Assembly: GCF_006345805.1 (NCBI RefSeq)
Contig: NC_043013.1
Span: 16,864,001 to 16,928,000 of the forward strand
DNA length: 64,000 nucleotides
Direction: 5' to 3'
From: Octopus sinensis
Taxonomy: Eukaryota
Shown: positions 38,256 to 49,603 of the stretch, one piece after another
Position numbering within the stretch: the stretch's first letter is position 1
Layout: each line of letters starts with the position of its first letter
Translations under genes and position numbers: made by a program
The notes under the pieces: generated by a model
Seen by the model: only the letters and a program-made list of their open reading frames with translations
What the model was told of the DNA's origin: nothing
Database searches by the model: none

Positions 38256-38499
38256 TATTTCTTTATTGCCCACAAGGGGCTAAACATAGAGGGGACAAAC
38301 AAAGGGATTAAGTCGATTACATCGACCCCAGTGTGTAACTGGTACTTAATTTATCGACCTCGTAAGGATGAAAGGCAAAGTCAACCTCAGCGGAATTTGA
38401 ACTCAAAATGTGACTGCAGATGAAATACCGCTAAGCATTTCAACCGGCGTGCTAACGTTTCTGCCAGCTTGTCACCTTTCTGCCAGCTCACCTTATAGA
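38256..38499 (-). mobile_element. Family-A SINE with 15-bp TSD
   Basis: TSD ATTCTGACAGATTCT at 38241-38255 and 38500-38514. Confidence 0.85.
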
Positions 38500-38560
38500 A
38501 TTCTGACAGATTCTATAAGGCTAAACGCTTTATGGATGCAAAACCATTGGTCTCACATAC

Positions 38561-38595
<35 letters not shown>

Positions 38596-39070
38596 CACAT
38601 AATACCTTTGTTATTGGGTTGATGCCAGATGACCATAAGTGTTGAAGCTGCAACATTGCTCCACATGCTGCTCTTCTGTCTATGATGTCACTGTTTGTGC
38701 TGTGAGGGAGATCAGGTACAATCGATACCAGGTAAGTAAATTTATCAACCCTGGATAGCAGCTTTCCATTTGCCAGGATGTCTGTGTTTCTATTAAAGGG
38801 TGATGATGTACTCTGTCTTCGATTCGTTTATTTCTTGCCCACAGTCTTTGCTTCTCACATGACACAATCCAAGTAGTCCTGTGCTTCCATGAGGCTAGGA
38901 GCAAAGAGAACAATCTCATCAGTGACTGCTGCTTAACACCCTACAAGGTGGAAAGTGCAAGAGGAAATGACCAAGAATGTCTTACCACCGTATGATTTGT
39001 GCAGACTGTGGGATGTCACTCAATGAAATACTTCTGGTGGCTGAAAATGGAAATGAGTGGAAAGCCTTAA

Positions 39071-39515
39071 CCCTTTCGTTACTGTATTCATTTTGAGATA
39101 CTCTGTGTTTCCTTCAATTACTTTAAATATAACAAAGAATTTAGTAAAATAACTTGGTTATCATTCAGCTAGTGTTAGGAACATAATTGTGACTAAGGTT
39201 TGGTTGAAGATTTTAATTCAAAACTTATGATGGTAACTAAGAGAAAAAAGGGTTATACACGAGCTATATGATGACCCCCATTACCACTGCCTAAACCCTT
39301 TTGTTACTGTATTTATTTTGAGATGCTCTGTGTTTCTTTCAATTACTTTAAATATAACAAAGAATTTAGTAAAATAACTTAGTTGTTATTCAGCTAGTGT
39401 TAGGAACCTAAATTGTGACTAAGGTTTGGTGGAAGATTTTAATTCAAGACTTATGAAAACAAGACATTTGTACTCAGAGTCAGAGGTGGTTTCAGCCGGG
39501 TTGGTATCAAAAGGG
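39071..39515. mobile_element. Two tandem piggyBac-like MITEs within outer TTAA sites
   Basis: TTAA-CCCTTT (39067-39076) ... AAAGGG-TTAA (39510-39519); ~165-bp body repeated at 39071 and 39296; inner ends AAAGGG (39247-39252) and CCCTTT (39296). Confidence 0.78.
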
Positions 39516-39618
39516 TTAATAAACTATATCTACCAGTGACTGACTATACCCTTTTCCCCCCTATTATGCATATTTTTTTGTTGAATTTCGAATAATAATT
39601 ATTGATTGATTAATTGAT

Positions 39619-39666
<48 letters not shown>

Positions 39667-39917
39667 GAGGAGCTTGCTTTCAAAACTGGTACAAGTGCAT
39701 ATTTGGTCAATTCCATGATAGCCATTAAAACACCATCTGCAAGCTGCTGGCTTCATGCACGTGAAATTTTTTCCAGTCAAGCTGGGAACAGATGCCACAT
39801 AGACAGTAGGTGAATCTTAGTCTTCCAATCAAAATCAGGTATTTTCAAGTTATTGTTTTAAACAATTACTCAAAAGTCATCCCGATGCATATACCTGGTT
39901 TTGAAAGCAAGCTCCTC

Positions 39918-39950
<33 letters not shown>

Positions 39951-40949
39951 TACACACACACTCATACACACATACATATGTTTGTGTATGTGTGTTTGTG
40001 TGCATGTGTGTATGCATATGTGTGTTTTTGAGATAGCATCTTCTTATCTTGATATTGTGTGATAGTTGTAAATAAGCATCCCCGTCATATGTCTGGCCAC
40101 AAGGAAATATTTACCTTAATTGGAGACAGGTGTGGATTGGCAAGACACCTGTTTTTGTCTTTCTGCCACACTCTAACCATGTGAAAACAAACACTAAAGC
40201 CTGGGGCAGTCTTCTACCTAGCCAGCTCCTATCAAACTATCCAACCCATGCCAGCTTGAGTTGGACGGTTTGACATCATTAATGCCCTTTGGGGAAAAGA
40301 ATGAACATCACAACATCATCATCATCATCATCGTTTAGCATCCGTTTTCCATGCTAGCATGAACATATCCCAAAAATCACAACATGTCTTATGATTATCT
40401 AAAAAGAAACCAAAATTATTTTGCTATATAACAAGAGACAGTTGACAGTAATTTTTGTTAAATTAAATACTCCAGAAGCCTCTTTAACTGTTTCATTGGT
40501 GATTTTAATTACTGCTCTTAACGAGAATTCATTAAGATGAAGGAATTTTTTTGACTCTTATTTTCCTCTTTTCACCCTATTTTTGGAGGGTTTTTTTTTT
40601 GCTAGTTTATTATTTTTCTTTTGTTTATTTACTTAATCTGAAAGAAAATTTGGTAATTTAATGGTAATTAATGGTTCCAGGAAATTAATTTAAACAACTA
40701 ATTAATCTAGTGCAATGAATATCAAAAGAAAATCTTCGAAGAAGAATAAAATAATAAGATAAAGCCAACAAAAAAACAAAAACAAAAAGAAAGGTGCTCA
40801 GTGAGAACGGAAGGAAAATTATCTTTTGCAAGTTGATGAGCGTTTGGAATTGATAGAAACATTTTATGAATATTGTCATAATTTTAGCAGTTGTGAGGTC
40901 TAATACACTGTCTTACAACACCACCAGTCTGTTTAAAAGAATGTGTGTA

Positions 40950-41409
40950 CACTAGGCACATGCATCACAACCATATGTGCGCGACATGGTGATCACATAT
41001 CATGATAAACAGCACATGACCTTGCAGGTGGGGCTCAGTTAAAATTTTCTTCTGGTCGATAACCCATCCCGCTCAAAAGGTCCCTGAATAAGGGTTGTTT
41101 AAGGATGCTGAACAAAACACCCATGTTTCCAGAGGTGAATTATTCAAACCCCAAAGGATCCCTCTCGACACATGGCTATGATGCTCCCCCACTACTTCTG
41201 CGGGTGATCAGAAATGCACATATTGTCAGCCGCTAAGGGACATGCTCAACTGGTTATGGTCAAACAACTGACAAGCAAATCTGTGGTATAGAGGAGAATA
41301 TTTGCTGTAGCCCATCTTTTATACCAAGACAAAACAATGTACATGATAACACTTCCAATCAGTTAAGATCAGAAGCCACAAGAGCCACTGCCTGGTACTG
41401 CATCAGGGC

Positions 41410-41412
<3 letters not shown>
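40950..41412 (+). repeat. Family-D repeat with 3' stem-loop and (TAT)n tail
   Basis: Ends TGCC-TGGT-ACTGC-ATCA-G-GGCA-TTT(ATT)n. Confidence 0.85.
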
Positions 41413-41479
<67 letters not shown>

Positions 41480-41594
41480 GTTATTATTATTGTTATTATA
41501 TTATTATTATTATATTATTATTATTACTATTATTATATTATTATTATTACTATTATTATTATTATTATTATTATTATATTATTATTATTATTAG

Positions 41595-42040
41595 GTGGCA
41601 AGCTGGCAGAAACGTTAGCATGCCGGGCAAAATACTTAGCAGCATTTCATCTGTCTTTACATTCTGAGTTCAAATTCCACTGAGGTCGACTTTGCTTTTC
41701 ATCCTTTCGGGGTCAATAAATCAAGTACCTGTTGTATACTGGGGTCAATCAACTGTCCTCTCCCCCAAAATTTCAGGCCTTGTCCCTATAGTAGAAAGGA
41801 TTATTATTATTATCATCATCATTATTTAAGGTGGCAAGCTGGCAGAATCATTAGCACACTGGGCAAAATGCTTAGCAGTATTTTATCCATTCCTACATTC
41901 CGAGTTTGAATTCCGCTGAGGTTGATTTTGCCTTTCATCCTTTTGGGGTCAATAATAAGTACCAGCTGAGCACTGGGATCAATGTAATTGACTTATTCCC
42001 ATCCCCAAATTGCTGGCCTTGTGCCAAAATTTGAAACTAT
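41595..42040 (+). mobile_element. Two family-A SINEs in tandem within (TAT)n
   Basis: Heads GGTGGCAAGCTGGCAGAA at ~41594 and ~41830. Confidence 0.8.
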
Positions 42041-42052
42041 TATTACTATTGA

Positions 42053-42520
42053 GTGAGAGAGAGCAGCACTTGCCATCAAAGTGAACCAGGGTACAAATAT
42101 ATGAAGCTTAATATACCCATCATGACTACCCATCCGATAAGGGTACACCAGGCACACACATCACAATCATATGTGCACAACTTGATGACTGTATATCAAG
42201 ATAAACAGCACATGTTAGAATTTTCTTTAGGTCAAGTAGCTCATCCCACACAAGAGGCCCCTGAATAAGGTCTGTTTTAAGTATGATGAACAAAATACCC
42301 ATGTTTCCAGAGGTGAATTATCCAAACCCCAAAGAATTCCTCTCAACATGTGGTTATAATGCTCCCCCACTACTTCTGTTCGTGATCAGAGATGCACATA
42401 TCGTTAGCCACCCTTAGTGTCTCATGATATGTTCAACTGGTTAAGGTCAAACAAATGACACGTACATCTGTGATATTGAGCAGAATATTTGCTGTAGCCC
42501 ATCTTTTATACCAAGACAAT
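42053..42520 (+). repeat. Family-D repeat, diverged copy
   Basis: Colinear with 8173-8628. Confidence 0.8.
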
Positions 42521-42679
42521 TAACTGCCATAATAACCAATCTTGAGAAGCTAGGCTTCACAAAACAGATTAATGAGGAAAACATAACGCTAAAAACTTTC
42601 ATGTAAAAATATATAAAACCTTCTAGAAGTCTAGTATATAATCACTGCTTATATATATATATACATACATATATATATA

Positions 42680-42892
<213 letters not shown>

Positions 42893-43246
42893 TATATGTG
42901 TATATACCTATATGCTAGACATACATGTGATATGTTTGTTTAAGCATATGTAAGTCAAAGCACGTACATTCAGAAGTATCAATAAAAGCCACTGTCCATA
43001 GGTCAACGATTAATGGGAAATCACAGAAAGTAAACATTCATACAAAGACAGACATATGTGCATGCACACACACATATATATATTTATATATATGTTTATA
43101 TATGTGTATATATATATATATGTGTGTGTGTGTGTATACACATATTCATATATACATATACACACACACACACATATTCATATATATGTATAGAGAGAGA
43201 GAGAGTGTGTGTATATGTGTGTCTCTGTGTGCATGTGCATTTGTCT

Positions 43247-43288
<42 letters not shown>

Positions 43289-43311
43289 TTAAAATGTTTA
43301 ACATACTTATA

Positions 43312-44121
43312 TTACAATGAAAAATGCGAGCAAGAGAAATGATTACAGGACAACTCATTACATCTGGTAAAGTACAGAACAAGAAAATTTTTCTTTAAAA
43401 TATTGCAGCTAAGGATAAAATTTCAAATAAAATATTTAGATTTAGAAAATATTAGCTTTTATTAAAACTAAAAATTTTATTAAGATCAGGAGCCACACTT
43501 CTATTTGTTATTATTTGTTACTTCTCTTAAAAATAAAAAAATAACTCAAACTATTTTTTGCACTTTTAGAAAAATTCATTTTTTAATTATTAATTAATAA
43601 TTAGAAATTTGAAAATAGGTTACAAAAAATAATAGTAGCACATAATTAGTTAGTACAATAAATAAAATAATACAAAAATTAGTTATATATTATCGTAAAA
43701 TCTACCTATAACAACAAATTCACAGTAAGATTTGCTTGAATTATTGCCTAAGTTATTGCCAAGTCTTCACATTTTTAGTCTTGACCCAATGCCTATTTTT
43801 TACATAAAGAATATATACATATATACTATTCTACTTTGCATAAAACTTTAGCCATTTTGGTACTTCTGGCTATCATTTTTTAAGTATTCTAGTGTGTGTC
43901 AATATTTTAACAAAATCATGGTACCTTTTTTAATTTTAATGTCACTTTGTAAGTTAAAATCAAATAATTTTTAATATTCAGATTTTATCCTTAGCTGCAA
44001 TATTTTAAATAAAAATTTTCTTGTACTGTACTTTTCCAAGTGTAATAATTTGTCCTGTAATTTTCCAGGTTTTAATAATCTTAAGAATATTATTTCTCTT
44101 GCTCACATTTTTCCATGTAAT
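43312..44121. mobile_element. AT-rich foldback/MITE-like element with ~110-bp imperfect terminal inverted repeats
   Basis: Left GAAAAATGCGAGCAAGAGAAAT-GATTACAGGAC...AATATTGCAGCTAAGGATAAAA is mirrored at 43985-44120, with a ~30-bp insertion in the right arm. Confidence 0.65.
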
Positions 44122-44314
44122 CCATGTTTTTTCCAGGCTATGCTATTAAACTTTACTCTTTTCTTTTTAAATTTTATTTTATTTTATTTTATTTTATTTT
44201 ATTTTATTTTATTAGTGTGTGTCTGTGGATGTATATCAAAGGGTGATATTATATTTTTTTTTATTTTATTTTATTTTATTTTATTTTATTTTATTTTATT
44301 TTATTTTATTTTAT

Positions 44315-44870
44315 GTCAGGTCACTTTTGAGTGCTACTGGTAACATGTAACCCAGTACAACCTGTTGCATGGTCGGGTCGTCGGCGACTAAACCGGCAAC
44401 CCTACCAAGTTTGCTTGGTGAGGAGGGTGTTTATTGGACACCCTGTGGGATTAAAAACAAAACCCGTCAAAAGGCGGAGGAACTCTTGAGAGTCAACGGC
44501 CATCCAATAAATGTCTTAAGGCTGTATCATGCGCGGGGACATAGAAATAATCGAACTGAATACCCGATCGCGCAGTTAAACCATTGGGAGTGAAGGACTC
44601 CTAGCCTTTGTTAGGGCATCCTTCTAGGAGAAGGTAACTCAGGTAACTGGGATAACTCTGACATAAAATCTGTGGCTCAGTGGTTACCGATGATGTTGAC
44701 TTGTTCTTCTTTTTGGATTATGGCTGCTGTTGCTTAGTGAGTGGGATTGACTCAGTGCACAGCCTTTCCTCACTTTAAAAAAATCTTCTTGCACAGGCAT
44801 TGCACGATAACAAGTTAAGCTTCATGCAAAGGCCATACTCGATAACGAGGGGGCAGCCACCATGTATGTA
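44315..44870 (+). mobile_element. CpG-rich young repeat, probably an RTE-LINE 5'UTR-type sequence
   Basis: Contains CTAGGAGAAGGTAACTC...CTCTGACATAAA, resembling RTE 5'UTR motifs; several hairpins; no ORF follows. Confidence 0.4.
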
Positions 44871-44911
44871 TGTACGTATTCATACCTGTATATATGTGTG
44901 TGTGTGTGTGT

Positions 44912-45245
44912 AAGGGTAAAGACCCCCTTTAGATATGATCAACCATGGTATTGTACATAGAAAGTTCCCCTCCAAAGCACAAGTCCAAGCAATGTTTGTG
45001 GAAGACCAGTAGTCATCCATGCATACCAGTCTCTCTTCTCCACACCACCAATATTGTTCAAGAGAAAGGTAAAGGCTGATACAACTTGGTACCAGTGATG
45101 TTGCAACTCATTTCTACAGCTGAGTGAACTGGAGCAACATGAAATTAAGCGTTTTGCGCAAGAACACAACACACAGCCTGATCCAGGAATTGAACTCAAA
45201 CTTCACGATTATAAGCACAAAATACTAAACACTGAGCCAGGTACC
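44912..45245 (-). mobile_element. Family-E tRNA-derived SINE
   Basis: A box TGGCTCAGTG and B box GAGTTCAATTCC on the minus strand. Confidence 0.8.
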
Positions 45246-45415
45246 TTCACACACACATATATACATATTTATTTATATTTTGCAGAAAGAACAGAGTAAC
45301 TCAAGGTCCAAGAGTTTTGTGTGTTGGCACTTATCAAAATGTTACTTCTGCAAAATATTAATATAAATATACATATACGCATATTTTGAGTTCTATTTTA
45401 ACTTTTGATACTAAC

Positions 45416-45464
<49 letters not shown>

Positions 45465-45554
45465 GCACACACACACATGACTGTTGGCCTTGTATGATGT
45501 AATCCTCAAATAAGATATAAAGATGTGACATTCTCCATTCTTGTTGATGCTATT

Positions 45555-45588
<34 letters not shown>

Positions 45589-45911
45589 ATGTATGTATGC
45601 ATTTGTGTGTGTATATGTATGTGTGTGTGTGTGTGGCTACTCATATAGTGCTATGTGTGGGTGTGTGGGTAATGGTATGTCGTCATTCATGATATATTCT
45701 TGAGTAAGTCACTAACAGAAATAAGTGGATCTATTGTTTAGGAAAATACTATTTACTTCTTTAAGGGTTGTGCTGGGTAAATTGTGAAAATAAATATACT
45801 CAACTTGATTTTTTCCAAATAAAATCACTGACCTTGTCTGACAATTTCTTCTAAGAAAGTTCATCAAGTGTAGAATGCTTGTGTAATAAATCAATAAGTA
45901 TTTATAATACA

Positions 45912-46050
45912 ACAATTGCAGTGTGGAAGGTGTTTATAAGCCATTTAAGAAACACACAAAAACCATTAGATTCACTTCAACATTTAAATTTAATTTGTCA
46001 AAATATTTTCGGCACTTTGAAACCGTGACCTGTTCACTGACAAAACTCTG
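45912..46050 (-). mobile_element. Third copy of the PLE-like terminal repeat, with G3:C8 hammerhead-like motif at 45994-46044
   Basis: Minus TTTGTCA-GTGAACA-G-GTCAC-GGTTTCAAA-GTGCC-GAAA-ATAT-TT-TGACAAA. Confidence 0.65.
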
Positions 46051-46064
46051 TGCTGAGATGCAGC

Positions 46065-46410
46065 ACGGAGTGGCTGTGTATAGACTCAGGAATGGTTCCA
46101 GGTTCAATCCCATTGCGTGGCACCTTGGGCAAGTGTCTTCTACTATAGCCTTGGGCCGACCAAAGCCTTGTGAGTGGATTTAGTAGACGGAAACTGAAAG
46201 AAGCCTGTCGTGTGTGTTTGTATCTGTGTATTTGTGTGTCTGTGTTTATCCTACCACTATTGCCTGACAACTGATGCTGGTGTGTTTACATCCCCTGTAA
46301 CTTAGCATTTCAGCAAAAGACTCCAATAGAATAAGTCCTGGGGTCAATTTGTTGAACTAAAGGTAGTGCTCCAGCATGGCTGTCAAGTAACTGAAACAAG
46401 TAAAAGAGTA
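46065..46410 (+). mobile_element. Family-B SINE
   Basis: GGAGTGGCTGTG...GGTTCAATCCC...CACCTTGGGCAAG...CCAGCATGGC...GAAACAAG. Confidence 0.85.
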
Positions 46411-46822
46411 ATATGCATGAACATATTTGTGTTTAAAGATATACATCCACAGACACACACTATGTATAAGATATTGGGGAAGATAATCTCAGCAAATCTG
46501 TCTGTTATTGAGATTAACATACAGAACTCTCCCACTCCATTCTTTGACCTCCCCACAAATCCTCTTCTTCTACCCCCCCACTTCCTGTACAAAATATGTC
46601 TGCATCAGGCATAAAGTGAAACATCAATAACAGCAATATTAATAACAACAACATTAACATCAACATCGACAACAGAAGCAATAACAACAGTAACAGCAAC
46701 AACAAGACAAATGTCAACAACAACAAAAGCAATTACAAAGAGGAACAGCAGCACCAGCAGCAGTAACAACGACAACAACAGCAACAATATCAGGAGTAAT
46801 GAAAACACTAACAATAACAACA

Positions 46823-46884
<62 letters not shown>

Positions 46885-46934
46885 TACTACTACAACCACC
46901 ACCACCACCACCACTACTACTACAAAAATAACAA

Positions 46935-48665
46935 TTCCATCAAATTTGGCCCAAGGCCAGCAGTTCTGAGGGAGAGGAACAAATTGATTACATCAACCTT
47001 AACCCTCGACTGGTACTTTATTTCATCAACCCTGTAAGGATAAAAGGCACAGTTGACCTCAATGAAAATTGAACTCAATGACAATCATAATAATGATAAT
47101 CATAATCAATTCTTTTATTAGCCACAAGAGCTCACATACAATAACATTAAATGACATGGCACAGACATAAAAGACAACACAAAACAAGACAAAGGGTTTT
47201 ACAGCATGTAAACAATATATAATAATAAAAGATTGTCACATGTGCTTCCTGCCTTACTTCCATCCACCTCATCTGCAATCCCCTCCACCAACATCACATA
47301 GCTCCACCACAGCCCATAACACTACTAACACCACAAAGATTAAACAAATTAAAACTCCCAATATGGGAGGTGCTTTAAAGTCCTCATAGAAAAACCCACA
47401 AAAGCTATGGGTGCCTGATCAACAAGACAAGAGCCCTTCTTTTATTTCTCACATGTGTTTGCTCAGAATTGGTCCTTTCACACTGGTCGTTCTTCCGACA
47501 TTCACCCACCTTTCAACAAACTTGCCTCTCCACCCTCAACTTCCTTTTCAAGGGAAACTTGAAAAAGTTGATGAGGGCTTGTTCCAAAGAGGAAAGTGTC
47601 TGACTTTAGCCTTTTCAGATGAGTCCACCAAACTGCTACAGCCACCAAACAAATAAAAACTCATTATAATAATAATAAATTTTGAGCACAGGGCCAGTAA
47701 TTTTGAGGGATAGTGAATTATATCCATCCTTGTTTCTGACTTATATTTTATTTTATCAACCCTGAAAGATGAAAAACAAAGTTCACCTTGGCAGTATTCA
47801 TACTCAAAAACAACAACAATAATGCCAATCCTTTCGCCCGTAGGCACAAGGCCTGAAATTTTAGGAGAAGGGGCTAGTCAATTATATTGACCCCAGTGTT
47901 CAACTGGTACTTATTTCATCAACCCCATAAATATGAAAGGCAAAGTCAACCTGGCAGTATTCTAATAACAACTTGGCGGCGAGCTGGCAGAATTGTTAGC
48001 ATGCCGGGCGAAATGCTTAGCAGTATTTCATCTGCTGTTACGTTTTGAGTTCAAATTCCGCCGAGGTCGACTTTGCCTTTCATTCTTTCGGGGTCGATAA
48101 ATTAAGTATCAGTTACGCACTGGGGTCGATGTAATTGACTTAATGCCTTTGTCTGTCCTTGTTTGTTCCCTCTATGTTTAGCCCCTTGTGGGCAATAAAG
48201 AAACAAGTATTCTAATAATGACTTCAAATTTTGGCACAAGGCCAGCAATTTTGGGAGAGGTAATAAGTTGATTACATCAACCCCAGTACTCAGCTGGTGC
48301 TTATTTTATCGACTCCGTAAGGATGAAAGTTACAATCAACCTCAGTAGAATTTGATCTCAGAACATAAAAATGGACAAAATGCCACTAAGCATTTTACTC
48401 AGCATGCTAATGATTCTGCCAGCTCGTTGCCTTAATAATAATAACAATAATAACGATCATAATAATAATTCTTTCTATAAGAGGCACAAGGCCTAAACCT
48501 TTTGGGGCAGGAGGCAACCCCAGTTCTCAACTGGTTCTTATTTCATCAACTCCCAAAACGGATGAAAGTCAAAGGTAACCTTGACAGCATTTGAACTTGG
48601 AACGTAAAGATGGATAAAGTGCTGCCACGCATTTTGTCCAGCACACTAATGATTCTGCTAATGAC
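46935..48665. mobile_element. Dense cluster of about six family-A SINEs separated by (TAA)n
   Basis: Copies at ~46940, 47680, 47830, 47969-48205 (plus strand; TSD AGTATTCTAATAA at 47956-47968 and 48206-48218), 48225 and 48470. Confidence 0.8.
47150..47645 (-). mobile_element. L1/Tx1-like LINE 3' end (ORF2 C-terminus plus 3'UTR)
   Basis: Minus translation VAVAVWWTHLKRLKSDTFLF..QALINFFKFPLKRKLRVERQV..VERWVNVGR (with frameshifts). Confidence 0.55.
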
Positions 48666-48942
48666 AATAACAATACCATCATAAGTAACATCAACACCAA
48701 TAACAACAACAACAGTAGTAACAACTGTATTAATTTCAACAACAACTATGGTAACAGCACCACCCTACCATCTTAGAAAGGCAGTTCACATTAGACAACA
48801 TAGTCATAGTGATATATTATCTGAAAAACAAAATGTGCGATAGACACAGCTGGAACACTTTAATCTTAGACCTGGCTCAGACAGAAATGGCTTGGGGCTA
48901 CATAACATAACATAATCACTCCACAAAACAGCTTCAACAGTG

Positions 48943-49280
48943 GAGGTGCAATGGCCCAGTGGTTAGGGCAGCGGACTCGCGGTCGGAGGATTGCGGTTTC
49001 GATTACCAGACCGGACATTGTGTGTGTTTATTGAGCGAAAACACCAAAAGCTCCACGAGGCTCCGACAGGGGGTAGTGGCGACCCCTGTTGTACTCTTTC
49101 TCTCACTCTTTCTTCCTGTTTCTTGTCCCCGACTTCCTACGCAACCGCTGAGCCTGGATGCGCATTCATCCATCCATCCATCGATGCTCTCGGTGTCGAG
49201 GGTTGACCTGCTTTCTCTTCTGCGGTCTTACGAATAGCAAAGGACCACGTTTCGGACTTCTCTGGGACGAAGACCGCACA
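48943..49280 (+). mobile_element. Family-C SINE with an alternative CpG-rich tail
   Basis: Head TGGCCCAGTGGTTAGGGCAGCGGACTCGCGG; diverges from the other family-C copies after ~49125; tail hairpin TGCGGTCTTACG...CGAAGACCGCA. Confidence 0.75.
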
Positions 49281-49501
49281 ATTACCCAAATAAACCAAAG
49301 AAGGAGCTTCTACCTGGCTATTTGATCTGCAAAAACAGCAACAAAAGGCTGCCTTAAAAGGAATATAACAAAGAAAGTCACGAATGTATGTCGTATTACA
49401 GACATGGCTGAGTGGTTAAGAAGTTTGCTTCTTAATCCCACAGTAATACTTATTTTTTGAGATTTTGATGATGTGGTTGTTTATTTTTAGAATAATATTG
49501 T

Positions 49502-49571
49502 GGTACTAGTAGTGTAGACTGGACCTGGTGCGCGTCTGCGCAAACCGGGTCCAGTCTACGCTACTAGTACC
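49502..49571. mobile_element. 70-bp hairpin mini-MITE with 9-bp TSD (Merlin-like)
   Basis: 28-bp inverted arms (26/28 identical) starting GGTAC; TSD TAATATTGT at 49493-49501 and 49572-49580. Confidence 0.7.
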
Positions 49572-49603
49572 TAATATTGTAGGGTTCTAAACTGGCCAGA
49601 TCC

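Noticed and set aside
38660-38745. Strong donor CAG|GTAAGT and YDVTVCAVREIR resembling a LINE endonuclease motif
   Set aside because: No convincing acceptor or extended homology.
40820-40910. VDERLELIETFYEY resembling a Tc1/mariner N-terminal helix
   Set aside because: Too short, with no TIR or downstream transposase.
44315-44700. Possible HDV-like ribozyme in the RTE 5'UTR-type sequence
   Set aside because: Several hairpins are present, but I could not fit the nested double pseudoknot by hand.
48943-49030. tRNA-like heads (also ~13190-13266, ~54280-54350 and others)
   Set aside because: They have A/B boxes but no complete cloverleaf and continue into SINE bodies, so they are not tRNA genes.
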